Of a stretch of 45,583 nucleotides of DNA, positions 35,466-45,583 are shown piece after piece; the stretch's first letter is position 1, and every line of letters starts with the position of its first letter. The notes below the pieces were generated by a model that was given only the letters and a program-made list of their open reading frames with translations, had not been told where the DNA came from and ran no database searches. Source of the DNA: Chiloscyllium plagiosum (lineage: Eukaryota). The DNA is taken from positions 80,101,919 to 80,147,501 of the forward strand of contig NC_057718.1 of assembly GCF_004010195.1 (NCBI RefSeq). Reading direction: 5' to 3'. The translations under genes and the position numbers were made by a program.

Positions 35466-35555
35466 TGTGAGTGGCTTGCATACGGGATCCAGTTCAATGT
35501 GTCTATTGACTGTGAGTGGCTTGTATATGGGATCCAGTTCAATGTGTCTATTGAC
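35466..35555. repeat. 45 bp tandem duplication
   Basis: TGTGAGTGGCTTG(C/T)ATA(C/T)GGGATCCAGTTCAATGTGTCTATTGAC twice, with 2 mismatches. Confidence 0.95.
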
Positions 35556-35929
35556 TGAGTTCTGTTGGAGTGCCAGGCTTCAAGGAATTCTCTGGCGTGT
35601 CTCTGTTTTGTCTGTGTTAGAATGATTACATTGTCCCAATTGAATTTGTGTCCTTCATTGTCTGTGTGGTTGGAAATGAGAGTGTTGGTCCTTTCTGGCA
35701 GTGACGGGTTGGTGCTCGTGCACTCATATGGTCAGTTTTTTTCCAGTTTGTCCTGAGTAATATCTTTGTATGCTACCTTGTAGATAACATTCATCCTATT
35801 GAATGTGAGTCTTTAACCTAAGTGAGGAGCTGGTGGAAGGTGTTTACTGGTTTGTGGGCCACTAAGCTTCCCAGTGGTCTGAGTAGTCAGGTTGTTATCT
35901 CTGATATTTCTTTGTACAACTCTATGACT

Positions 35930-36390
35930 CTATTTACAAGGAAGTTGCCAGGGACAAAGGGTTTGAACTATGGGGACAGAATGAATAGGCTCGGTGTACT
36001 TTCCCTGTAGTGTTGGTGACTGAGGGGTGAATTTATATAGAGGTTTATAAAATCATGACGGGTATGGAAAGGGTAAACAGATAGGTCTTTTCCCCTAGCT
36101 GGGAGAGTCAAAAACTATAGGGCATAGGATAAACGTGAGAGGGGAAAAATTTAAAACGGACCCAAGGGGCAACCTTTTCATGCAGAAGGTGTCTGGAATG
36201 AGCTGCCAGAGGAAATAGTGGAGGCTGGTACAACATTTAAAAGACATCTGGATAGGTATGTGAATGAGAAGGGTTTAGAAGGATATGGGCTCAGTGCTGA
36301 CAAACAGGACTAGGTTTATTTAGAATGTCTGGTTGGCATAGATGAGTTGGACCAAAGGGTCCGTTTTCCTGCTGTCCATTCTTATGACTA
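35930..36390 (+). mobile_element. CR1 3' fragment
   Basis: FTRKLPGTKGLNYGDRMNRLG, KTIGHR..VRGEKFK, WNELPEEIVEAG and the 3' UTR. Confidence 0.9.
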
Positions 36391-36597
36391 CATAATCATC
36401 CAGCCTCTGTCTCATTTGGGAACAGACTCCTCCACACTGATTGTGCACCCTTACTGACCTCATCAGTTATGCTTCTCGTGAATGGTGATCTCTGAGATGA
36501 ACAAGTTGGGAAAATCAGTAATGATGATGTGTCTGGTTGATGATCATTAGGAGACAGCTAAGATTTCTCTTGTTCAGGATGATCAATATCTGATTGT

Positions 36598-38090
36598 GAA
36601 ATAAAAACATAAATTGCTGGAAAAGCTCAGCAGGTCTGACAGCATTTGCAGAGAGAAATGAGAGTTAATGTTTAGGGTCAAGTGACCCTTCCTCAGAACT
36701 AATTAGATTAGATTACAGTGTGGAAACAGGCCCTTCGGCCCAACAAGTCCACACCGACCCGCCGAAGCGAAACCCACCCATAACCCTACATTTACCCCTT
36801 ACCTAACACTACGGACAATTTAGTATGGCCAATTCACCTGACCCTGCACATCTTTGGACTGTGGGAGGAAACCGGAGCACCCGGAGGAAACCCACGCAGA
36901 CACGGGGAGAACGTGCAAACTCCACACAGTCAGTCGCCTGAGGCGGGAATTGAACCCGGGTCTCTGGCGCTGTGAGGCAGCAGTGCTAACCACTGTGCCA
37001 CCGTGCCGCCCACTATGGTAGCTAGGAAAACGTCAGTTTCTGTGCAGAAGATAGGGTGGAGGGCAGGGAGTAAGATGGAAACGATAGGTGGGGATAGAGC
37101 CCAAAGACAGAGAAGAACAGTTGTACAGATAAAGGAGTGGATAATGATCTGGCTAGAAGGGTGAATAGCTATTAATGGGGACTGTTAGTGGCTAACAATG
37201 AGTTGTGTGTAATAGCTGACCGTGTATTAACAAGACCTGATGAGTGGGGGTTAGAATAAGGACATGGGAGTGCTCAAGTCCTCAAGTTATTGAACTCAAT
37301 ATTGCCTCCCAGAGGCCTGCAAGGTCCCCAAGTGGGAAATTAGGTGTTGTTGTTCCAGCTTGTGCTGAGCTTCGCTGGCGCACCGCAGCAAGCCAGAGAC
37401 AGAGATGTTGGCCAGGGATCAGGGTGGTGTGTAGAAGTGGCAGGCAACGGGAAACTCAGAGTCTTTTTTGCAGACAGAACATAGGTGTTCTGCGAAGTAG
37501 TCATTTAGTCTCTGCTTTACTTCCCCCACTTTTGCTGCTTCATCTGGAAAGTATATTTGTGTCCTTGGATACTGAGGACTAAGGAAATAAATGGATAGGT
37601 GTTACAAGTTCTGCGGTTGCAGGGGAAGGTGCCATGAGGCTGTGGGAGTGTGTTGGAAATGAAGGAAGAGTGGACAAGGTTGGCCAGAGGGAACAGTCTC
37701 TGTTGAAGGCTAATGAGGAAGGGGAGAGGAGTATGTGTCTGATGGTGGCATCTTGCTGGAGGTGGCAGAAATGGAAACTAATGGTCCTCTGGATGTGTAT
37801 GTGGTGAGATGGTAGGTGACAATAAATGAGACCCTATTGCGGTTGCAGAAGGGAAGTGAGGGGGTAAGGGCTGAAATGCAGCAACGATGCTGGGGAGTCC
37901 TCAGTTGAGGAAGAAGATGGACATTTCGGAGACTCCCTCTTCAGTTGGCTTCATCGAAACAAATGCGAATGAGACGGAGGAACTGGGAGAATGGAATGGT
38001 GTCTCTACTAGAAACAGGGAATGAGGATGTTAGTCAAGGTAGTTAGTGAATATATAAACGCACTGACTCTCACAGTTACCTCAACTACAC
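36598..38090 (-). mobile_element. Penelope-like element (RT thumb-linker-GIY-YIG plus terminus) with SINE insertion and inverted 5' tip
   Basis: Minus strand DTIPFSQFLRLIRIC and GEVKQRLNDYFAEHLCSVCKKDSEFPVACHF...EAQHKLEQQHLISHLGTLQ; core CTGAGGA-AGGGTC-ACTT-GACCC at ~36672-36697; plus-strand YKRTDSHSYLNYT at ~38052-38092. Confidence 0.9.
36701..37011 (-). mobile_element. HE1-type V-SINE, young full-length copy
   Basis: 5' GGGCGGCACGGTGGCACAGTGGTTAGC (A box), GGTTCAATTCC (B box), V-domain GGGTTTCCTCCGGGTGCTCCGGTTTCCTCCCAC and (TAATC)n tail; CpGs retained. Confidence 0.95.
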
Positions 38091-38854
38091 ATTTTATGTG
38101 TATATTACCTCTACCGCTGCTGTAAGTGCTATTACAGGCAAGCTGTGTGAGACATTAAACATGTCACTTATCACAGATCTAACTGACCATGTATGCAGTC
38201 TTTGTGGAGCTAAGAATATTCTACTTGACTCAATATGCAGGGAGGTCTGCAGATGTTTATGGGACAGGCCAACTCGCAGATTCCATGAACTCTTCTCACC
38301 TAGGGAGTTGGAGAAGCCAAAATTAAAATTCCTGTTTTAAAACATAACAAGTTGCTGCTTAACGAAAATCTGCATCTTATCTCTGCTTCATTTGTCAGTC
38401 GCCTTAGATCTGTGTACCCTGGTTACTGACACTTCTGCTGCTGGAAACAGTCTCTCCTTATTTACTTGATTAAAATTTTTCTTGAATTTGAACATGATAA
38501 TTATGCTCTATGGAGAACAAGCCCAACTTTCAAATCTCTGCTTACAAATGAAGTTTTAGTTTTGATCCCAATTTGATAAATCTTTTCTGTGCCTCTGGAA
38601 AGTCCTGGTGCATATTGAGGAAGGTGGCATCATAGTGGTACTGTCCCTGGATTTGTAATCGAGCAGGCCCAGGCTAATGCTCTAAGCACATTGGTTCAAA
38701 TCCTATCATGACAGCTGGTGGAATTTCAGTTCAATTAACAAAATGTAAAACAATCTCAGTTATGGGGATTTTTTTCCCTTGGAGTGTTAGAGGCTGAGGG
38801 ATGACCTTATAGAGGTTTATAAAGTCACACCTGATGGTCATTGTATCTCTGCTA

Positions 38855-39535
38855 CAGCTTGAAAACATCAGATCCGAGATTATGGTTTACAGCGCTGTGG
38901 TGGCTCCTGACCTCCTATATGGCTCTGAAGCATTCACTGTCTATAGCAGACACCTCAAGGCGCTGGAGAAGTACCACCAACATTTCCTGTGTGAGCTCCT
39001 GTGAGATTTACTGGGAAGAAAGATGCACCAATACCAGCATCCTCAACTAGGCCAACATTTCCAGCATCGAGGCACTGACCACCATTGGTTGGCTACAATG
39101 AGCTGAGCACACTGTCCACATGACCACTACAAGATTTCCCCAAGCAGATGTTCTACTCCTAGCTCTGAGCCCAAGGTGGACAAAGGAAATGCTTCAGTGA
39201 TACCCTCAAGACCTTACTGGCAAGGTGCAGCATTCCCATGAACACCTGGGAATCACTTGCCCAAGACCGTCCAAAGTAGAGGAGGAGCATCCGAGAAGGC
39301 GTTGAGCACCTTGAGACTTGCCGTTGGGAAAAAGCAGAAGCAAGGCGAAAACAGCACAAGGAGCAGGCTACTATACAAACACCCCACCCATCCTATCCCA
39401 CAACCACCTTCTGTCCCAAATGTAACAGAGCTTACAGAAACCACAACGGTCTATACAGCCACCTACAGATTCACGCTGAGAGTGGAAGGGAGCTTTCTTT
39501 GTCTGCGAGGGACTACCAATAATGATGATGATGAT
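38855..39535 (+). mobile_element. RTE-BovB-like LINE 3' portion
   Basis: LLYGSEAFTVYSRHLKALEKYHQHFL, WEERCTNTSILN*ANISSIEAL, GGQRKCFSDTLK, TWESLAQDRPK*RRSIREG; (GAT)n tail at ~39522-39535. Confidence 0.9.
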
Positions 39536-39619
39536 ACTGCACTCTGAACACGTTAGAATTTCAGCGTAGTCCTTTTTGATGTCAGTAAATGAATTATGTA
39601 CTTGACTTTAGGCATCTTC

Positions 39620-41050
39620 AATTGCACTTTTGCATGCTTGGCGTCAGGTTTATCTGGAAAACTTTCTCCAGTAGTCACAAACAATTCTGATCATGATCTG
39701 TGATGGCTTCTTTCATTGTGCCTCCATATTGACAGACTAGCAAATCATCAATAATAGCCTCCATTCCAAGAAGGCTACTGACTATTTTTCTGTCAGTGTT
39801 GATGTGCTTTCATAGCATGAAAATGCCTAATGGCATGCACATGCACCTTTATCTTCCATGTGACACTGAGAATGTAGTTTAAAGAAATAAACTGCTGTTT
39901 TCATGCAATTTCACTTGCCATCAACTATCTTTTGCATCAAGTCATAAAGACCTTTGCCTTGGCAACTTGTAGCTGAAGCTCTTCAATAATTTACGTTGGT
40001 TAGTGGGTTCTTTTCAAAACTACATTGAGATATTTTAGATCTATGTACACTTGCAGTTTCCCAATTTTAACTGGTATTGTGATGCTTATCCAGTCTGTAG
40101 GAAGTGCCAATTTCTCAATTACGCCCCTCTTTTGCAGCTCTAGCATATTTTGTTTCAGAATGGATTGAAGGGCAGCAAAACCTTGCCCTTGGTGGATGCT
40201 GGAATGATTTTACACCAGCATCCATTTTGATATGCTCCTTACCAGAAATACATCCTATGAAAACATCTGTGTAATATTTTAGGATTTTTTCAGTGCTCAG
40301 TGGTTTGGGAGCCTGCAAAAAGCCTGAAAATCCTCTTCTGTCACATTGAGGGTTGCTAGCCCAGGTTTATCCTTCTTTAAGCTGAGATGAGCAGGTTTTA
40401 TTGACATCTACTATCTGGAACACCAGATCTTCATTATTCTCAATGTATTTGGCTCACAGCCTAATTTGCCCTTTTGGCAAGAGTATCTTTCCATTACATA
40501 GATACAACCTTATTTTTTGAAGATTCCAGTTTTGGGTCACCATCTTGTGGCACTTTGCCCAGGTTTGTGAAGATCATGATGATGAACACAACATTGGAGT
40601 TTATGTATCATTTTATGCTCTCCTCTGCAGTCACCATTCTCATAGTCACAAACCATTTATCACTTAATGAAATGATTAAACCATCCAGTGTATGGTGTAG
40701 AGTTGCAGACATGTCTCCAGCGGCCATCTTTACTGGCTTGGTTTGCTTTTTCCTGGCAAAGCACTTGTGTGCAGAGTGATTCAGCTTGTTACAATTACAG
40801 CACTGCTTTCCCCATGTTGAACATGCTTTCTTTTCTTTTATGTGATGTCTTTTGGAATGTTTACATCCTGCCCTCGGGCCTCAATCTTTCTGCTGTGTTT
40901 TACTGCAAGTATTTCTTTCTTTTTCCCTATCTGTTATTTTATTTAGTCAGAAATATTTCTCAGTGTAATGAAAAACTTTGTATGCTCTTCCATTAATACA
41001 AATTCAAGTTGATGATTAATAATCTGAGAGCTTCTGCATGTGTCAATAAC
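39620..41050 (-). mobile_element. Ty3/Gypsy internal region relic (gag knuckle, protease region, RT)
   Basis: WGKQCCNCNKLNHSAHKC (CCHC knuckle, ~40760-40815); PTDWIS...GKLQVYIDLKYLNVVLKRTH...IEEL...AKAKVF/TLDAKDS*WQVKL...TTF...GR*RCMCMPLG (~39825-40085). Confidence 0.88.
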
Positions 41051-41056
41051 TTTTTT

Positions 41057-41610
41057 GAGAAAGTTAAAAATCGCACAACACCAGGTTACAGGTTTATTTG
41101 TCAGCACTAGCTTTCAAAGTGCTGCTTCTTCATCGTGTGTTGTGAAACAGGACCATAAGACACAGAATTTATAGCAAAGGATTACAGTGTCATGTAGCTG
41201 AAATGGTGTACTGAACAAACCGAGATTAAGTCTTTCATCGTTTAGAATGGTTTTGTTAGTTTCGGTTCTTTAATATGTAAATCCTAGAACTTCTTTTAAA
41301 TCACATTATCAAGATAGCTTAAGGTTTTATAATGAAAGATGCCATCTCAGTTTAAACAATGCATTAAAGGTTTGAGGTTAAAGTTTGTATCCCAATCTTG
41401 AGTCAGACTGGTTCTATTTCTAAAGTGGAATTTACACAATATTACATGGATTTGACTGCCTGTAGGCTATGTATTTTTTGAGCAAAATAGAATGTATATG
41501 TAAATATAATTCTTCAACTATAAATTCACCCCTTAAACTTATGTATGCATGCAAGAGAGAGAGAAACAGACTGAGTGTGTGCGTGTGAGTGTGAGTGGAT
41601 GTGAGAGTTT
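41057..41610 (-). mobile_element. PLE-related terminal repeat, second family
   Basis: Collinear with 28811-30636; decayed core GATGA-AGAAGC-AGC-ACTTT-GAAAGCTA on the minus strand at ~41107-41136. Confidence 0.7.
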
Positions 41611-41651
41611 GTAAATAACTCACAGAAACCCAGAATTTATTGGCCCAGTAA

Positions 41652-41992
41652 GGACAGTATGATGGCTCTGTGGTTAGCACTGCTGCCTCACAGTGCCATG
41701 GGCCCAGGTTTGATTCTGACCTCTGGTGACTGCCTATGTGGAGTTTGCACATTTCCCCTGTGTCTGTGTGGGTTTCACTGTGCTCTGGTTTCCTCCCACA
41801 GTTCAAAGATGTGCAGGTTAGGTAGCTTGGCCATGCTAAATGGACAACAATGTTCAGGGATGTGCATACTAGACGGATTAGCCATTGGAAATGCAGGGTT
41901 ACAGGGATAGGGCAGTGAGGTGGGTCTGAGTTGGATTCTCTTTTGAAGGTCGGTATTGACTCAATAAGACAAATGGCCTGCTTCCATGCTAT
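41652..41992 (+). mobile_element. HE1-type V-SINE, diverged
   Basis: GTGGTTAGCACTGCTGCCTCACAG, TGTGGAGTTTGCAC and GGTTTCCTCCCACAG; alignable to 36701-37011. Confidence 0.9.
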
Positions 41993-43529
41993 ATTTTTAA
42001 CATTACACCTGGAATCTATCTGGGATTTGCACTTGTAAAGGGTATAGGCATCAAAATAATATAAATTCTATTATTTTCCTTTAATTTAAAGTGATCCATT
42101 AACATGAATTTGACTAAATAGATTTTCTATGAATCATAAATCAAACACTTCATGCATAAAAATACATTATAAGAATAAAAGTCACTAATGAACTGGAAGT
42201 TATAAATAACTCCTTGTGAACAAGCGGAATTTAAAACACACAAAACAATGAGCAATGAGCAAACTGAGAGGCATAAACCATTTTAATGCTAAGTCATGTG
42301 AATACGAGTAAGATTATAAGCATGCATTCTGAGGCCTGTCAATATTGTTACCTCTTAAAACTTACACAAAGTAAACAAATGGAGTCTACATGAAGACAAC
42401 TACAATCCATGAATATCTCTACCAATTAAATATTATGCTTGATCTATAAAACAGTAATCAAGCATCAAATTTTGTATTTGGATATGTCAGAAATCATGAG
42501 CTACTACTCTAGAGTAGAGAATGATTTTTGACATTTTCAATATGAATGTCAATTTTTACATGCATAGGTCAATCTTCATCCAAATAAGATCAATGTTATT
42601 AATCTCTCGCATAGTCTGAGGTTCACTAGACCTCTTCCCTCTTAGTTGTTACTGCTCACCTTGACCACTTTCAATTGCCCCTGGCCATTCTGTTTGTTCT
42701 GTTGCAAATTACTGCAGTCTATCCATAGATTCGAGTATCATACTTTGTTTAACAGTGACTATTAGCAATAAATCAGAACGGCAATGCAGCAAAGGGTTAT
42801 ACTTCATTGGTGAAAGCCTTTTATATTAACTTGATTTATTAGATCAAATAGTTTCACCTTTTTTTAATATATTTGAAGTCTGAATATCTTATAATGGCTT
42901 AACTCTTTTAATTAGAAGTAGAATCCCTATTTCTAATGCAGATCTAAGAAAATGTTGCCTACTTATGTTTTCCAGCTGATCTTCTGAGACTGGAGCCATC
43001 TAACCTGAAGCAGTGCAGTCCAGACTAGCCATCCAACCAGGCTGCAGTTAATGGATTGACGCTTACACCATTCCTCTCTTTTCTGGCAGTACCAGCCATG
43101 TACCATGGTTAAATGCTCCTAAAGCCATTTTAACAGTTATTGACAGAAGTTAAGTGCAGAACATAAGTGAAGGAATAGGGTACATGGGTAAGGGATAGGG
43201 TGGCAGGTGTGTAAAAGACAAAGTATCAGGTTTGTATCAGACAAAGTAAGAGGGTATGGTGCAGGTGGGTGAGGTTTAGTTTGCAAGATGAATTGGAAGG
43301 ATTGGCTGCNNNNNNNNNNNNNNNNNNNNNNNNNNGAGGGAAGAAATTTGGGGTTTAGGTCAGGTACAGTTTTGGGGAGTGCAACATAATAGGATGTACA
43401 AATCAGCTTGTAGAGTGTTTGTGAGGCCAGATGGAAGGTTAGATCCAAAGAAAGAGTCTACTGTTCATGTGGCATGTTATCTAGGACGTAGCTTCAAAGT
43501 CAACATTAATTGAATCTCTGCCCTTGGCA

Positions 43530-44263
43530 TCAATGGCCTAAAAATCTAAACAGCAAGTTCAGAAGCTAGTATCTGCAAAGTATTTGCGGAATCATGTGTC
43601 GTCTCCTGTGGCAGGTTTGCTAGATTTTAATCAGATGGGAGAGCAGAAGGTGGGGGCCCACACCTTGCTGACTGTACCCCAATTAAGTCTTCGGTAGGAA
43701 GGCCCTGCTACTAAAAGAGGCCTTAGATGAGCAATTCATGTCACACTTAAAGGCCTCAGCCCACAACTATTGTCATTAAGGCAATGGCAGGTGGAGGCTC
43801 ACATGTAGCAGCATAACAAATAAAATCAATGCAGACCCCTCTTTCATAGGTACTCATTACAAGCCCAATTTCAGGAAATGGAGCCAGCAGGTTATCTTGC
43901 TGTCTTTGCTGCCAACCCTTTTCTTGTGCTCCCCATTTCCCAACATCACTCACCTGTTCCTGGGCCTGACAATAATCAGAGGCCTCTTGGTAAACATAGA
44001 ACAGGCAGCTGCCACCATCCTTCTGGTGGCACTGTTGAAAATAGAATAACTGCCGACTTCTGATTGGCTGGCAGCTTTCGACAAGTGATACCTCCATCTG
44101 CAGTCTCCTTGAATGTAGGGGAAGGCCCACTATTGGCCTGTCAAGTGCCTGAGTGGAGTGGCAAAGATGTATCAAGTATTGCCTAAAGGAAGCAAGATGA
44201 AGGTATTGCCATCTCTCCAGCCAGTGGCTGAGATGCCATTGCCTCTACCCTAAGATTCTGCCC
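43530..44263. mobile_element. Putative non-autonomous Harbinger-derived element
   Basis: Right end AAGATTCTGCCC followed by TAA (44252-44266); internal palindrome GAGGCCTT...AAGGCCTC at 43717-43757. Left end not resolved. Confidence 0.4.
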
Positions 44264-44939
44264 TAAATTGGAATTTGCTGACTGTAGACACCGCTCAAAC
44301 TTGCTGAATCTGAAAATTAAATTCTAAATCTAAACAAACTGCATATTAATTGCTGGGCTTTATTGGCCAGAATCTTCTGTGGAGCAGCAGTCAATGTTGG
44401 ATTTTTTTGAATTTTTATTAAGTTTTTCCCCACCCTGACACTACTCCACATTTCTTGTCAGGTCTTCAGATATCAGCTTCATCATAAGTGTGGAGTGTAA
44501 CATCCATTGTAGAACTTGACTACAACGTTAAAGAGGCAAGATAGTCCCCTTTCTACTGTATAGTAAATTTCTTGAGAATATTAGTCAATGGATAATGAGA
44601 GGGATAGGTAGGGTGAGTGAATGAAGTAGGTAGGGAAGTGGGTGAGATTGTGGGTGGTGGGATGGCTGGTGGGGAGGTAGCAGATGGTTGAATGGTAGGT
44701 GGGTTAAGATACTGCCTTTTGAGTGGTTATTCAAGTTGCGGAATAGTCATGACAGGTCAGGATGAGGTGATTGAGTACCATTGGGGAGACATTTCTTTTC
44801 ATGGGTAGTGTTGTTGGGAGGGGGAGACTGGTCAGGTCAGAGGAGTAGTTGCAGGTGGGGAATCCAGGGGGAGTAGTCTGGGGATTAGAGAGGTTGGTGG
44901 GAAAGTTGAGATTTCTAGCCATTGATCCAAGTGTGTGGT

Positions 44940-45233
44940 CTGCTCAGTCATTTCAGAGGGCAGTTGAGAGTCAACCACATTGCCGCGGCTCATGTAGGCT
45001 AAACCAGGTAATTTGGCAGATTTCCGCCCCTGAAGTACTTTAGTAAACCAGATAGGATTTTCTCTGATAATCAACAGAAGTTTCATAGTCATCTTTAGAT
45101 TCCTAATTCCAGACATTTATTGGATTCAAATTCTACCAACTACCATGGTGGGATTTGAATCTGGATCCCTGGGACATTAGCTGAATTTCAGGGTTAATGG
45201 TCTAGTTTTAATAGCACTCAGCCATTGCTTCCC
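44940..45233 (-). mobile_element. tRNA-derived SINE
   Basis: Minus strand GGAAGCAATGGCTGAGTGCTA (A-box-like) ... GATTCAAATCCCACC (B-box-like); the head is similar to the plus-strand fragment at ~38618-38740. Confidence 0.7.
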
Positions 45234-45298
45234 CAATTTCTCAGATTATCCCTTCAGAGTCTGCTATGATGGGTTTCCACAGGGTCCCAATCTACTCC

Positions 45299-45583
45299 CA
45301 TTGGAAGGGAAAAGGTTGAGACTCTGAAGGGAGGTTACAGAGAGTTAGGTAGAATTTTAAAAAGGAGGTACTCAAGGGTAGTAATATCTGTATTACTGTA
45401 TTACTCCCGGTGCTACGAGCTAGTGAGGGCAGGAGTAGGAAGATAGAGCAGATGAATGCAAGGGAGGTTACAGAGAGTTAGGTAGAATTTTAAAAAGGAG
45501 GTACTCAAGGGTAGTAATATCTGTATTACTGTATTACTCCCGGTGCTACGAGCTAGTGAGGGCAGGAGTAGGAAGATAGAGCA
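45299..45583 (+). mobile_element. CR1 ORF1 esterase fragment with a 133 bp tandem duplication
   Basis: IGREKVETLKGGYRELGRILKRRYSRVVIS, homologous to the reverse complement of ~121-274; units start at 45327 and 45460. Confidence 0.92.

Larger units (their letters stand above)
34565..35910 (-). mobile_element. Penelope/Poseidon-like element 3' end (GIY-YIG C-terminus), split by another PLE
   Basis: The minus strand of ~35520-35690 gives LISNHTDNEGHKFNWDNVIILTQTKQRHAREFLEAWHS / NSVNRHIELDPIYKPL; decayed hammerhead-like GTGATGA...GAAATGTT at ~35357-35390. Confidence 0.8.

Noticed and set aside
36940..37011. tRNA gene
   Set aside because: The A and B boxes run directly into the V-domain body and tail; this is a SINE head.
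42960..43030. Terminal coding exon (TTTTCCAG then DLLRLEPSNLKQCSPD*)
   Set aside because: Short, unrecognised peptide with no supporting upstream exon; compatible with chance.
29..45116. The many 60-180 aa ORFs in the six-frame track as host genes
   Set aside because: They are off-frame or antisense readings of repeats, low-complexity sequence or N-spanning artefacts; none resembles a cellular protein I recognise.
121..45583. Whole window as one giant element bounded by inverted repeats (121-274 versus 45299-45460)
   Set aside because: Both ends are internal fragments of an abundant CR1 family in opposite orientation, not termini.

Overview
Repeat-dense, AT-rich eukaryotic DNA with three N-gaps. 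From recalled repeat families (HE1/V-SINEs, CR1 LINEs, Penelope-like termini) it is most likely a cartilaginous fish, probably a carpet/bamboo shark; this is an inference, not a database match. I recognise no intact host protein-coding gene, so the window looks intergenic or intronic. It is a layered transposon deposit: CR1, Rex1/Babar and RTE LINE relics, a Gypsy gag-pro-RT relic and solo-LTR-like pieces, tRNA-derived SINEs, a Tigger/pogo-like element, decayed PIF/Harbinger relics (transposase plus Myb/SANT partner ORFs with splice signals) and at least three families of Penelope-like elements (PLEs). The most interesting signal is a minimal hammerhead-ribozyme core (CUGANGA-stem II-GAAA-NN-UH) in the PLE termini. 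It shows stem II covariation across families and one U3-A8 core variant, and the termini recur as fold-back mini-elements flanked by 12-14 bp target-site duplications. Family names rest on manual translation and motif recall, and boundaries of old relics are approximate.
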